Positions 21,103 through 32,579 are shown, counted from the whole stretch's first letter. The stretch: DNA of 63,852 nt, filler included, from Thraustochytrium aureum (GCA_012862495.1; 5 parts of 3 records of this genome joined end to end with filler, not necessarily neighbours in it), one strand, 5' to 3'. The notes: generated by a model from the sequence alone, not told the origin. Made by a program: numbers and translations.

Positions 21103-22581
21103 TCAGCCCTCCTGGCTCCGAGTGAATCCAAACAAGCAACCACTACTCGGGCAAGTGCGGCCCTTGAGTGCCACGGTGTCCTCCAGGTCGTCGTCATAAG
21201 CCTCCGCCTCGTGGGTCGAGACGCGGTCGTACGCATACCGCATCGAGTTGCTGTTCGGGCGCCACAAAGTCAGAATCATGACGAGCACCCCAAAGTAGAG
21301 CAGATCCCAAAAGCCCTCGAGGCGCCAAAACGACTCCCAGTGCGAGTCAGCCCAGTTGGACAGGACACAGTAGCTGAACACAAGGCTCCAAAGCACGCCC
21401 ACCGAGACGCAGACGATAAGTACAAGCCGAAAGCTGCGGTAGAGCTCCAGCTTGGTGTCCTGGCGGCGCTCCACGAGCGACCCGATGATGCTGTTGAGGG
21501 ACGTGAAGATCCATATGAAGAAGACAAAGTCGAGGCAGATCACCGGGAGAACGAGCAAGTAGCCGCCAAAAGTGAGCGAGTGCGAGTGCGAGAGGTTCTC
21601 CACGGTGAGTTGGATGCAGCTAAAGCCAAAGTAGGCCGACCCGAGGATGACAATCTTGTTTGCCGCCTCGCCCAGCGACGGCCGCAGCACGCCCCAGCCC
21701 AAGCACACCGTCAGCACCAGCAAGCGCGAGACGGTCTTCTTGAGACAGAGGAAAAACACCGAGCCGAGCATGATGGACTTGCTGCGCTCGCCGGTCGTGT
21801 TGAAGTGGTAAAAGTCCATGTACCGAAGGTAGACCTCTACGAGGCCAAACCCGATGACCACGGTGCACCAATTTTGCAGCGGAAGCAGGTCGCGCCACTG
21901 GCGCGAGCAGAGGTAGGCCCACACCAAGGCGCACATCAGGTAGGCCATCGACATGTACGAGTAGAACGGGAGGAAGCCGTACACCTCACCTGGGAGGTAG
22001 CCGTAGGGGTTGATCCAGCGCGTGGTGCCAGAGATCTCCACCTCGCTCGGCTCGTCGCTGCAGTACGAGATCACCAAGTAGTGGAACCCGGTCTGCTTGA
22101 CCTGGAAGACCTGGTTGACCCGGGTAACGCCGTCCGCCTCCGGCCGCACGTTGTAGGTCACAGTTTTGGTCGCCTTCTTGTCGATGATGAGTTTTCCAGG
22201 CGTGTCGCAGAGCTTGCCCTCCGCTGCAAGGTTGGCCGTGCAGCAGAAAAACCGCTCCGCCTCCTCGTCGTCCGTGGACGCGTCGGCCGTCGCGCCAATG
22301 TACTGATAGTCCTCCAGCGGGAAGATGCTCACCTGCACGAGCTCGTTCTCGTTGTTTAGCGAGCTCGCGGGGAACTCAAAGTCGAGCTTGACATTGATCT
22401 CCGCGCGCGCGTCGCTCAGCGCGCTGGGCGCATCTTCGAGGCTGTACATGGCGTTCTTCCTGTAGATAAGATAATTATTCACCAGCGGCTCCTTGTCGTA
22501 CCTGTTCAGCGTCGCCGTCGCCGACCAGCACGACGCCGCCACCACCGCGGCCCCGAGCAGCACCGCGTTCTTCCCGCCCAT
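21103..22581 (-). CDS. TMEM87: TMEM87/GOST (lung seven-transmembrane receptor family) protein
   Basis: Signal peptide, NPYGYLPGE..GFLPFY, KKTVSRLLVLTVCLGWGVLRPSL, KLELYR and LWRPNSNSMRYAY. Confidence 0.92.
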   Translation of the reverse strand: MGGKNAVLLGAAVVAASCWSATATLNRYDKEPLVNNYLIYRKNAMYSLEDAPSALSDARAEINVKLDFEFPASSLNNENELVQVSIFPLEDYQYIGATADASTDDEEAERFFCCTANLAAEGKLCDTPGKLIIDKKATKTVTYNVRPEADGVTRVNQVFQVKQTGFHYLVISYCSDEPSEVEISGTTRWINPYGYLPGEVYGFLPFYSYMSMAYLMCALVWAYLCSRQWRDLLPLQNWCTVVIGFGLVEVYLRYMDFYHFNTTGERSKSIMLGSVFFLCLKKTVSRLLVLTVCLGWGVLRPSLGEAANKIVILGSAYFGFSCIQLTVENLSHSHSLTFGGYLLVLPVICLDFVFFIWIFTSLNSIIGSLVERRQDTKLELYRSFRLVLIVCVSVGVLWSLVFSYCVLSNWADSHWESFWRLEGFWDLLYFGVLVMILTLWRPNSNSMRYAYDRVSTHEAEAYDDDLEDTVALKGRTCPSSGCLFGFTRSQEG

Positions 22582-23582
22582 CCTTCTTCCTCGCGCCGCC
22601 TCGCGTGCCCGACCTCGTCTGGCCTATTCAAACTCGTCACGCAACGAGGCAGACGGGCTCCACGCCCCAAAACACCAACGCCCAAGGCCGCGACCTTGCC
22701 AATCGCGTGCGCCTCCCGCTCTCGATCGTCCCCGCGCGTCCGTCTTTGCCCTGCCCGCGTGCGTGCCTGCCCGCGTGCCCGCGCTGCCTGCCTGCCTCTT
22801 TGCCTGNNNNNNNNNNNNNNNNNNNNNNNNNNNNNNNNNNNNNNNNNNNNNNNNNNNNNNNNNNNNNNNNNNNNNNNNNNNNNNNNNNNNNNNNNNNNNN
22901 NNNNNNNNNNNNNNNNNNNNNNNNNNNNNNNNNNNNNNNNNNNNNNNNNNNNNNNNNNNNNNNNNNNNNNNNNNNNNNNNNNNNNNNNNNNNNNNNNNNN
23001 NNNNNNNNNNNNNNNNNNNNNNNNNNNNNNNNNNNNNNNNNNNNNNNNNNNNNNNNTGAGCGAAGAATACGCCGGAACGCACGCACACCGAATATTTTGG
23101 CTTCGTGAGCCTGTTTTGTAGACAAACCTGCGCTGGCGTGCTCGCTGGATCGGGCCCGCTGCGCTTTCAATTAAAATTCGAGCTCTGCTTGGGCCTTCAA
23201 TCAAGTAGTAGTACCGGTACAGCCGCGGGGCACAGGTACCGGTACAGCCGACGGGAATCAATCAATTCAGCAATCAATCAATCAATTCTTGAAAAAAAAA
23301 CGACACGTTTGGACTAGTTCATCGCTTCGCCAGAACTCGTGCGCACCTACCGGTCGGGTGAATATAAATAGAGGGTTTTAAGAGGGTTTGGGTTAATGTA
23401 TAGAGGGTTGGGTTAGGGTTAGAGTGCGTCGGGCGAGCGGAGCGGTGGCAGGCGAGCGCCAGACACCTGCGGCGGCGAAGGCGGGGGAGGGCGAGGAGCT
23501 GCTGCTGCTGCTGCTGCGCCGAAAGCGTCTCGCGAGGCTTGTCCTGGTCTTGCCCTGGCCGGTTGGCGGCGTCCTTGCCGCG

Positions 23583-23834
23583 ATGATGGATCTGCGCAGC
23601 GTTCGGGCGCCGGCGGAGCGGCGGCAGCGGCCTGCGTGCCACAAGGAGCTGCAGGACTTTATGAACTGCTTGAGGAAGAATGATAATGATGACGCCGCGT
23701 GCAGTGTGCAGGTCAAGGCCATGGAGAGGTGCTATGACGCGATGAAGGCCACGCAGGCGATGGGGCTGCACAAGCCGTCCACCAACTTTCACCTGCAGCG
23801 GCTGGCGCGCAGCATGCTTCGCGTGAAAAAGTAG
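23583..23834 (+). CDS. Twin CX9C protein, mitochondrial ribosomal protein mS37 (MRP10/CHCHD1)-like
   Basis: PACHKELQDFMNC...AACSVQVKAMERC has two CX9C motifs, and the C-terminal KPSTNFHLQRL resembles mS37. Confidence 0.75.
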   Translation: MMDLRSVRAPAERRQRPACHKELQDFMNCLRKNDNDDAACSVQVKAMERCYDAMKATQAMGLHKPSTNFHLQRLARSMLRVKK

Positions 23835-24242
23835 TGCCGCTGCGAGGTCCGAAAAGCATGCATGGTCCGGCTCGCCTGGAGTTCCCTTGAGGCAAACCTA
23901 GGGTTCTACGTTTGCCCGGTCGCTGGCCGGCTAGCGCCAAGGCGAGCGCCAAGGCGAGCGCCAGGACTCGCGGCCGAAACTGAACTGACCTGTCTAGTTA
24001 GAGAGCGCCATCGGTGCAAACGTGCGCGTCTGTGCGCCGCGCCGAGTGCTGTTGCTCTTTTGCGCTGTTGCGCGCTGGCAGGAGAAAGAAATGATCTTCA
24101 AAGAGTCAAAACAGCAGAAGCAGAACAGTCAAAACAGCAAACAGACAAAACAAAGTACTATTTCTTTGGCGCCGCCCAGCCGCGCCACGGCTCCTCCGCC
24201 TCCTTTCTTGTTTTTGAAGAATTTATTTTGGAGCGGAGATCG

Positions 24243-26009
24243 CTATTGGGCCGTCGTGGCGGTGTTGCAAACTCGCTTGCGCGCAGGTGAGCGCCCGCCT
24301 CCCGCTGAGGGCCAAAAATCCAACAGCGTCGCAGCCCGCTTCGGCGTGCGCGAGTCACGCTCCTCGAGCTCTGGCTCCTGTGAAGCTATCCTGGTCGACG
24401 CCAGCGGAGCGCGCACTCGCCGTCTTGGCGTCCACAGACGCATGCCTCGAGGCGAGCCCAGCCCGAGCAACGACTCGAGCTGCACCAATGTTGATGGCCG
24501 CCTTGCACTGCCAGAGGTCCCCAGCCTGCCCCTGCGCCGGGCATTGGAGCGGAGCCCCCCCAGAGCGAGAGCGGATCGAGCCGGCCTCCTCCTCAGCATT
24601 AAGGCCCGGCTCGCCTTCTCCTGCTGGGTCGAGCGCTCCAGCACGTCGCAGGTTGGCGTCCTTGACGCTGACTTGCCACACCTGAAGTGTGCCGTCGTCC
24701 GAGACACTGGCGGCAGTGCCAAACGAATGCGGGTCCCAGTCCACAGAGCTCACCTCGGCGTCATGGCCGCGCAGCTTGTTCACGGGCTCGCTGGAGTCGC
24801 CGTAGACGTCCCAAATGTACGCGTTGCCGTCGCCGGACCCGCTTATGAGAAAGTCGCCGTCCGGGCTGAAGCAACTCTCCACTGCACCGGCGGCCCGCCT
24901 GCGTCAGAAAGCGAGCTAGCGCCATCACAAGAGCCGACCGACACACACACAGAGAGAGAAGCAAACTTACCGTAAAAGGACGAGCACGAGAACGGGCTCT
25001 CCGGGCTGCCCGTCAGCACCCGCGCGCGCTGGTCAACATAGTCGTCGCAGTAGCCGAGCCAGTCGTACACCACGATATCTCCGTGCAAGTAGTTGACGGC
25101 GAGCTTGGTGCCGGCCGCGTCGAAGGCAAGACTCGAGATGCCAGGGTTGGCCCGGTTGCGCGTGGCGTGCTTGGGCACACGGATCGAGTGAACCGGGACG
25201 CGGCCGCGCTTGGCGCCGCGTACGTCCCAAAACTTGACCATTCCATCGTTCACGCCCGAGGTTGCGAGCAAGCAGTCATCCTTGGTGGGCGCCACGCAAG
25301 TAGCGTTGCTCGTTCCTCCGCGCGAGCTCGGCCTGGGCTGCGGCAGGGGGAAATGCGCGCGATCCCAGGACAGCACAGGGCTTCGCAGGACCTCGCCATC
25401 CGCGCCGGGGCCGCGAGTCGACGCTCGCGACCGCGTGTCCCAGATGGCGACCATGCCGCCGCGACAGCAGCTTACGAACAGACATGGGCTGTGGTTGAAG
25501 GGGCGCACGCACCGGACGCTTGAGCGGTGCGGCCCGAAGGAGGCCACTACGAGGTGGGTCTCGATGTCAAATAGGTTGAGCATGCGATCCCCACCGCCTG
25601 TGACCAGCTTGGTGTCGCGGTCGAGCCATGCTAGGTCGAAGACAGCGTTGTTGTGGGTTAAATAGTAGCCCTCGCCCTGAATCACGTCTCCATTTCCCCC
25701 GACTCGCCGGAACAGCGACACAGCGCCAAGCTCGTCGGCCACGGCCACCATTCGCCGCGCGCTAGCGCCCCCGGCTTGTGGTGGTTCGCGCGGAAACCGC
25801 ACGACAGTCGGAAGATACAAATTGCTCACGGAAACCGACCCAGATTCCGCAAAGTCCCGCACCAACATCCTGCGCGCCCCGTGGGCCTCGCCGCCTGCGC
25901 CTTGGCTGAACGGTTGCTCAGGCTCGAGCCAGCCAGGCCCGAGCGGCCGTCGCCCCACCATGTTGTTCCCGCCGACATACTCTCTGTGCGCCAACGATCT
26001 CAGCATCAT
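24243..26009 (-). CDS. DTL: Denticleless/Cdt2 WD40 substrate receptor; intron 24882-24970; 3' end uncertain (24355, or 24243 via frameshift)
   Basis: HNNAVFDLAW. The spliced junction gives SSFYVESCFSPDG (GTAAGT...TGCAG intron). Also LISGSGDGNAYIW and LRGHDAEVSSVDW. Confidence 0.85.
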
Positions 26010-26868
26010 CTCGAGTCGCTCTTCGCGGGCAGGCCCTCTCGCCAGCCCCAATCCAGCCGCCAAGCCGGCCGGCCAGCCAGCCAGCCAGCCAGCAACCAAG
26101 CCGGCCTGCCCGGTTGCCCGCCAGGCCGGTATGCCAGCGCTTGGTCGAGCACCAAGCAGAAATCACCGCGTCGTGGAAACCTGACCGTTGGCGGGCCCCT
26201 CGCCGACCGCGTCGCGAGAGTAGCGCACGCCAAGCAGGCCGCGAGGCGTCGCGAGAGTAGCGTATACCGCACAGCACTCGACCCTCAAGCTGCTCTACCG
26301 CGCCGCGCGGCGCCACAGGCAGCCGCGAGCTCGACTTCGAACATTCATTCAAAACCAAAGGCCGACATCAATCAAAAAAAACCAGCTAAAGGAACAGCAC
26401 CTTGTACAAGAAGTTCCTTTTGATCGCCGCGCAGAAATGGAGCGAGATGCCCACGGGGTGTACAGAGAAAAAGAGCGATAAAGACCGGCGAATTGCCGTC
26501 CAAAGTGTTTAACGGAAGGATTTTTTTAAATGCCGATGTCTTGGGGGAACGATGCGGGATCTGGTGTTTGCGCTGTGGCACGCACGAGAGTGTGGGACGC
26601 GGGATTTTGCATCGCGACGCGCTGCGCCATGGCAGGGTACTTGTGCATGGAGGCAGACCCAAGTACTTGCGTGCGAGCGCAGGTTGCTCTACTCAACACA
26701 CTCATCGAAGGAGCTACGCCTGCACTGTCTGCCTGGCTGGCTGCGGAAAAGGGCTGCTGCGCGGCCGGGCAGAGCTGTATCGCAACCCAGGCAGCACGTC
26801 GCGCTTTGTCGAGGAGAGAAAATACAAGTTGGTCGTGCTCCAGGAGATACGGGACCGAGTAGGCCGCG

Positions 26869-27933
26869 ATGAAGGTCGATGGACGGGTGAGCGTGGTGAC
26901 AGGCGCGGCCTCGGGCATGGGCAGGAGCCTCGTGATGCAGCTGGCGAAGCTGGGGTCGCATGTGGCGTGCTGCGACGTGAACGAAGCGCAGCTGGAGGAG
27001 ACCGTCGCAGCGGCGCGAAAGGCCTGCCCGAGCGTCAAGGTCACCGCGCACGTTGTCGACGTGGCGAACCGCGAGCGCGTCGAGGCGTTCTGCGACGAGG
27101 TGCTCGAGGCGCACGGCAAGGTACACCTCTTGTTCGCCAACGCCGGGCTGACCAAGCCTGGCGAGCTGATCCTGGACGAGTCGATGAGCGAGGACGAGGT
27201 CGCCGAGTATGAGCGCAACTGGGACCTGTGCTTTGACATCGACTACTACGGCGTCCTGTACTGCGTCCGCGCCTTCCTCAAGCACATCGTCAAGCAGGAT
27301 GAGGGCTACGTAATCCTGACCTCCTCCGTGAACGGGTTTTGGACCTGGCCCGGCCACGGGTGCTACACGGCGGCCAAGTTTGCCGTGCGCGGCCTGGCCG
27401 AGTCGCTCCTCGTCGAAACGTACGCCAAGGCCCCGCACGTGCACGTCGCCTGCGTCCATCCTGGCGGGGTCCGGACTGGCATCGTAGACAACTCGTTCAA
27501 GCGAACGAACGGCAGCCAGCAAGTCAGCAAGGGCTTCGCGGAGCTGGTTGACCTGAGCCCGGACGAGGCCGCCGAGTGGATCCTGGACGGCGTTGCGAAG
27601 GACAAGACGCGCATCCTCGTCGGTTACGACGCGATTTTGCTCGACATTCTCAACCGCGCGGGGCCCCACAAGGCGTACGACCTTTGGAAGGCTTTGGGGC
27701 GCGAGGGCTTTCGCGAAACCAACCCGGAGAAGGGCGAGATCATGCGGAAACAGATCGAGGCGATCTCGCCGCTCGGCTGGCTTCGAGTGCTTGCCGGCGG
27801 CGGCGGTCACTTCGTTTTCTTTATGTGGCCTTTTGTGGTGCTCAAGCAGCGGCGTAGCCCGCTGTTCCGCGGCGCGGCTTTGCTGCTTGCGGCGCTCGTG
27901 GCGCGACGCCTCCTCCGCGCGGCGCGCTTGTAG
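26869..27933 (+). CDS. Classical short-chain dehydrogenase/reductase with hydrophobic C-terminal extension
   Basis: TGAASGMG (TGxxxGxG), ANAG, SS, YTAAK (YxxxK) and VHPGGVRT. Confidence 0.93.
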   Translation: MKVDGRVSVVTGAASGMGRSLVMQLAKLGSHVACCDVNEAQLEETVAAARKACPSVKVTAHVVDVANRERVEAFCDEVLEAHGKVHLLFANAGLTKPGELILDESMSEDEVAEYERNWDLCFDIDYYGVLYCVRAFLKHIVKQDEGYVILTSSVNGFWTWPGHGCYTAAKFAVRGLAESLLVETYAKAPHVHVACVHPGGVRTGIVDNSFKRTNGSQQVSKGFAELVDLSPDEAAEWILDGVAKDKTRILVGYDAILLDILNRAGPHKAYDLWKALGREGFRETNPEKGEIMRKQIEAISPLGWLRVLAGGGGHFVFFMWPFVVLKQRRSPLFRGAALLLAALVARRLLRAARL

Positions 27934-27984
27934 ACGGGCCCGCTGTTGCCCGCCTCCTTTTTAGTTTAAACAAAGCTTTTTTAT

Positions 27985-29766
27985 TCAGGTCGAGCTGCTG
28001 ACCGTGGCGGATGCGCTGCAGAGCAGGCCGGCACCCCACGCAGCCGAAAGCNNNNNNNNNNNNNNNNNNNNNNNNNNNNNNNNNNNNNNNNNNNNNNNNN
28101 NNNNNNNNNNNNNNNNNNNNNNNNNNNNNNNNNNNNNNNNNNNNNNNNNNNNNNNNNNNNNNNNNNNNNNNNNNNNGTTGGTCGAGCTCCGCACGCAGTT
28201 GCCCGCGCCGTACAGCCCTGACACGGGCGCCTCGCTCGCGCCGAGGACCTGGCCATGCCGGTTGATGCGCGGCCCGCCTTTCGTGTCAAGCGTGCCAAGC
28301 CCCATGATCACCGCGCACAGCTTGGTCGGCTCAAGCGGGTGCATCGTCTTGTTGGGGAACGAGTTGTCCTTGGCTCGCGGCGTGTGCCAGCAGTACTCGG
28401 CTGTGTTGTCGCCCCGGCCAAACTCGGCATCGCGGCCCGCGCGAGCAAAATCGTTGAAACGGCCAAGCTGCGCGTCAAGCGCGTCAGCGAAGCCTGGCTC
28501 GAGCAAAAACTCCGGGTCGACCTCGCCGAGCTTGGCCTTGAGGGTGGCGGCAAGCTCATGCGCGGAGCTGCCGCGAACGATGCAGTCCTCCCCTGTATCA
28601 CGCGACGGGATCGGGCTCCCGAGGCTCTTGATCGGGCCCTCAAAGAGGTCGCGCGAGCGCTCGTCGAACACGTAAAACACAAACCGGCGCTCCGGCGCGC
28701 GAAACATCTGCATGCCGCGCTGCTGGTAAAAGTTCTTCTCGCAAGCAAAGCGCTTGCCGGTCCGGTCGACCACGAAAAAGCTGTCGCCGTTGAGGAAGAA
28801 GACGCCAATGCGCTCCGGAAACTTGTAGGGCATCACGACCTGCTTTAGCCAAGCGCGGTCCATCGCGCTGAGCGGGATTCCGTGGTTCTGGCAGATCAGC
28901 GCAAAGTCGCCGGTGTTGGTCGGCGCCGCGCACGTCCCAAACACGCCCTCGCCAAAGTGCTTTTCGAGCAACTCCTTGTTGCGCGAGAATCCGCCCGAGG
29001 CAAACACCACGCCGCGCCGCGCGCGGACCATGGTCACGGCGTGGCTCTTGACGTCCATGACTTTGCAGCCGACCACACGCTTGCCAGTTGCGTCCATGAC
29101 CAGGTCGACCACCTGGGCGCCCATGCGGATTTCGCTGCGGGGCCCAAAGCTCTTGACGGCCTTCTCGAGCTGGCGCGACGTAGTCCCGCCCTCAGGGGAT
29201 AGAACCTTGCCGCTTGGGCAGAGGTCCAACGCGTGCTCTGCGCAGTAGCTCGGCATGAGGGCGCTCAGCGCCTCGATGTTGGACTCGGAGATCCCGGTGC
29301 GACGCGCAAACTCGTCTTGGCCCATTTGCGCCATCTTGCGGCGCAGCAGGCCCGCCACGCGGGCGTGGTCTTCCGCGTCGCGCACCTCGACCGCCTGTAG
29401 CTTCATCAGGCCCTTTTGCTGGATCAGCTCGATCACGCCCGGCCAGTCCTCTGCAAAGGCGCGCATCAGCTCTTCGTCGCCCTTGTCCGCCCCCTCGCCG
29501 CCGGGGTATGCAAGCTCCTTCAGCAGCTCGGTGATCTCCTCGGCGCTCTGCTTGACCCCGAGTTGGCGCAGGTATCGGTTGTTTGGGCACCACAGCCAGC
29601 CGCCGCCCGCGATCCGCGTCGTGCCGCCGACGAGGCGCTTGGACTTTTCGAGCACTAAAACCTTGGCCGCATCGTGCAGCAAGGCTCCAACCGCTGCGGC
29701 GCAGCCGGCTGCGCCGGTGCCGACGACGAGGACATCAACCTCTTCGTCGAAGTGCACGCTCTCCAT
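27985..29766 (-). CDS. FAD-dependent oxidoreductase, 3-ketosteroid dehydrogenase (KstD)/FAD_binding_2 family; C-terminus crosses a gap
   Basis: DVLVVGTGAAG, GGTTRIAGGGWLWCPNN, RRGVVFASGGF, NTGD, GKRFACE, EFGRGD and TKGGPRIN...GLYGAGNC. Confidence 0.85.
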   Translation of the reverse strand: MESVHFDEEVDVLVVGTGAAGCAAAVGALLHDAAKVLVLEKSKRLVGGTTRIAGGGWLWCPNNRYLRQLGVKQSAEEITELLKELAYPGGEGADKGDEELMRAFAEDWPGVIELIQQKGLMKLQAVEVRDAEDHARVAGLLRRKMAQMGQDEFARRTGISESNIEALSALMPSYCAEHALDLCPSGKVLSPEGGTTSRQLEKAVKSFGPRSEIRMGAQVVDLVMDATGKRVVGCKVMDVKSHAVTMVRARRGVVFASGGFSRNKELLEKHFGEGVFGTCAAPTNTGDFALICQNHGIPLSAMDRAWLKQVVMPYKFPERIGVFFLNGDSFFVVDRTGKRFACEKNFYQQRGMQMFRAPERRFVFYVFDERSRDLFEGPIKSLGSPIPSRDTGEDCIVRGSSAHELAATLKAKLGEVDPEFLLEPGFADALDAQLGRFNDFARAGRDAEFGRGDNTAEYCWHTPRAKDNSFPNKTMHPLEPTKLCAVIMGLGTLDTKGGPRINRHGQVLGASEAPVSGLYGAGNCVRSSTNXXXXXXXXXXXXXXXXXXXXXXXXXXXXXXXXXXXXXXXXXXLSAAWGAGLLCSASATVSSST

Positions 29767-30907
29767 TATCTCGTTGCAGGTAGGTCTCTTTGCCGAATGC
29801 GTGGCCAGCAACGACAACCTGAGCCGCCGGCACCGCTGCTCTGTTGCGCCAATGGTGTCTGCTGGCTGGCGTTCGTTGACCGCTGCGATGCCCGCCGCAT
29901 GCGCCAGTGCGTGAAGGAATGCACCTGGGTCAATGGGGTAGAGAAGGGTACTCAGGATAGGACCAACTGGATGAGGGCTCGATGATGAGGTCTCATCGAG
30001 ATCGAGCCCACTCTCGGCGTGCGCGACCCGAGAGAACCTCGAAAGGCAAAGAGCGGCGGCACTGGATGCGAGCGACGGCGCTGGGATGCCGCGACTTGTT
30101 AGCATTCCGCGTCGTCGCATCAACTTCATGNNNNNNNNNNNNNNNNNNNNNNNNNNNNNNNNNNNNNNNNNNNNNNNNNNNNNNNNNNNNNNNNNNNNNN
30201 NNNNNNNNNNNNNNNNNNNNNNNNNNNNNNNNNNNNNNNNNNNNNNNNNNNNNNNNNNNNNNNNNNNNNNNNNNNNNNNNNNNNNNNNNNNNNNNNNNNN
30301 NNNNNNNNNNNNNNNNNNNNNNNNNNNNCGCATCAACTTCACGTCGTCACTGCTGGTGAAGCGAGCTCAAATTTCTCTTCTTGCTCGGCCGAAACTACTC
30401 GAGTAAGTAGTAGAGTCTACTCTGCAACGTCGGGCAATCAATCGCTCGCTCGCTCGCTACTGTGGACTCTCGCGGCGGACTCTCGCGGCGGAGCGGAGGC
30501 GGTCAAGCAAGGCACAGGGCGAAGATAGGACCACCAAAAAGGGAAACCCGCGGTGTGCAGCTGACCTCGTCACCGCGGGCACCAACGTGACCGACACGGC
30601 ATGTAGATAACGGGTCTGCGGCGAGTCCGGCTGGAAGCTACGCCGCCGCGAATGCTCGCTCGCCGCTCAACGCAACGACAATCATGCTGGCAGGATGGCG
30701 GCGCACTGTCGAATCTCGAGTGCTCGCGAACTGGCCGCTACAGGTGTTGGCGTGGCCTCCGCAGGCGGAACATGGCGAGCCAAACCTCTTGAGTCGCGGT
30801 ACAGTTTGGGCTCCGCCAGCCGCTCGCCGAGAGCGTGCAATCAGAGTGGACGGTTGCAAGCACGCAGCGAGCAAAGCTATTTTCTGCAGGCGCAGTCTAG
30901 GGCGACG

Positions 30908-30938
<31 letters not shown>

Positions 30939-31649
30939 CCGTCTAACAGACGCTCAACACGATGCGAGCAAGTATTCCCCGGAGCAACCAGCGACCGTGA
31001 GCAGCCCTGGTGGGCGCCGTCGCTCCAGCCTCTAGCTCGAGCTCACGACTGACGGACAACAAGTCGATAGGGGGAATCGAGGCACGGCCGGCGCTGGCCG
31101 AGGGCACCAGGGCTTTGCGCCACAGCCTCCACCACCACCACTACCACCGCGGTGCCGGCCGGGCAGTTCGACGGCCAACGCGGTTGCCCAGAGTCCCTCC
31201 GCCGCGAGCGAGCGCTCCTCTTCGTCTGCCTTTGGCCGCAGGCGCTTGGGCCTCGGCCAGTGCGTCAAGGCAGCGAACGAGTTGTGTTTGTCTTCTTCTT
31301 GCAGTTGTTGATCGAGTGAAGAACAGTGCAGCAACGAGTTGAGGCGCACGAGGACTGCAAAAAGCCGAACGCCGGCTGCCAACAGGACCCTGGCTGGCGC
31401 TCGCTGCGTGCGGCGGGTCTCTGCAAGTCTGCTGCTGTTGTTGTCGTTGTCGTCGTCGTCGTTGCTGTTTTGTTGTCCCGGAGGGCTTGCAGTGCCAGTG
31501 GCAATTTTCGGGCGGATTCTGCGCTTGTCGTTTGCCCAGGTGTCGAGACTGCGCGGCTGACGCTCAGCTCGCCGTCGGCTGGGCTGGCTGGTTGCCCAGC
31601 TGCCTGCCTGCTGTAGACAGCCCTTGGTGGGCGATTGGATTGAGCTCGA

Positions 31650-32579
31650 GTGGACAGCGCTGCGGCGTTTGGGCCTTTGCTGCGCGAACTCGTCAAGTGC
31701 TTGCTCGCAAGGAGTCGCATGCAATACGGGGCGTTGGCGTTTGTGCGAGCAACTGCATTGATCCTGGCTGCGGCTTCCCTCAGAGGCTCGTTCGCTGCGA
31801 GCGGCGGCGCGTGCGAAGAAATGGCCGCAGCGCAGTGGAACGAGCGCCTCGTCGCATCGCTCGCTCAGTCGCGCAAGGTGTACGGTGGGAACTTTATGCA
31901 GCTCGCAACGGTTGGCCTCGACGGGCGACCCAAGGTGCGCACAGTGGTCTTCCGCGGGTACGTGGACCGCGCGATCATGTTCACAACCAACCTTTTCTCG
32001 GAAAAGGTCGGCCAAGCACGCGCCAACCCGCACGGCCAAGTTGTGTGGTGGTTTTCCAAGTCGCGCGAGCAATACCGCATCTCAGGCACGCTGCAGGTCG
32101 TCGACGCTGCCGAGACGAACGCCGAGCTTGCCTCGGCCCGGGTCAAGCACTGGAAGGAGCTCTCAGACCCGGCTCGTGAGCAGTTTTACTGGCCCAGACC
32201 CGGGTCAATGGTGCCGGCCGGCATGAGCAAGTTTCAAGACCTCTTAGAGGCGCCCCTGCCAGAGGGCGGGCGCGAGCCTGACGCCCCTGAGGGCAAGACA
32301 AAGGGCAAGGTGCTGCCGCCTCCAGAGTCGTTCGTGCTCATGCTGCTCTGGCCCGAGGAGGTTCACTACCTCCCTCTGAACGGCGAGCCGGCGCAACTAG
32401 ACTGCGCGATGCGGCAAGCGGCCAGTGGCGCTCGCAGCGCATTGTCCCCTAGGTCTGCCACCCGGCCTCTGCACCGCAAGCGAATCCGACCCAGCAAAGG
32501 AGACCAGGGGCGCGCCAGCCCAAGCCGGCTGACGCGAGCGCCACCAACCAGCCGTTCAACCAACCAACCTGAAGTGTAG
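31650..32579 (+). CDS. Pyridoxamine 5'-phosphate oxidase-related FMN-binding protein (start may be 31821; 3' end possibly frameshifted)
   Basis: MQLATVGLDGRPKVRTVVFRG...WWFSKSREQYRISG...WKELSDPAREQF..PRPG...PPESFVLMLLWPEEVHYL. Confidence 0.85.
   Translation: MDSAAAFGPLLRELVKCLLARSRMQYGALAFVRATALILAAASLRGSFAASGGACEEMAAAQWNERLVASLAQSRKVYGGNFMQLATVGLDGRPKVRTVVFRGYVDRAIMFTTNLFSEKVGQARANPHGQVVWWFSKSREQYRISGTLQVVDAAETNAELASARVKHWKELSDPAREQFYWPRPGSMVPAGMSKFQDLLEAPLPEGGREPDAPEGKTKGKVLPPPESFVLMLLWPEEVHYLPLNGEPAQLDCAMRQAASGARSALSPRSATRPLHRKRIRPSKGDQGRASPSRLTRAPPTSRSTNQPEV

Noticed and set aside
30117..30342. Repeat gcatcaacttca on both sides of a gap; N-terminal extension of the flavoprotein ORF to 30342
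   Set aside because: Most likely a contig-overlap artefact; the flavoprotein homology starts at Met 29766.
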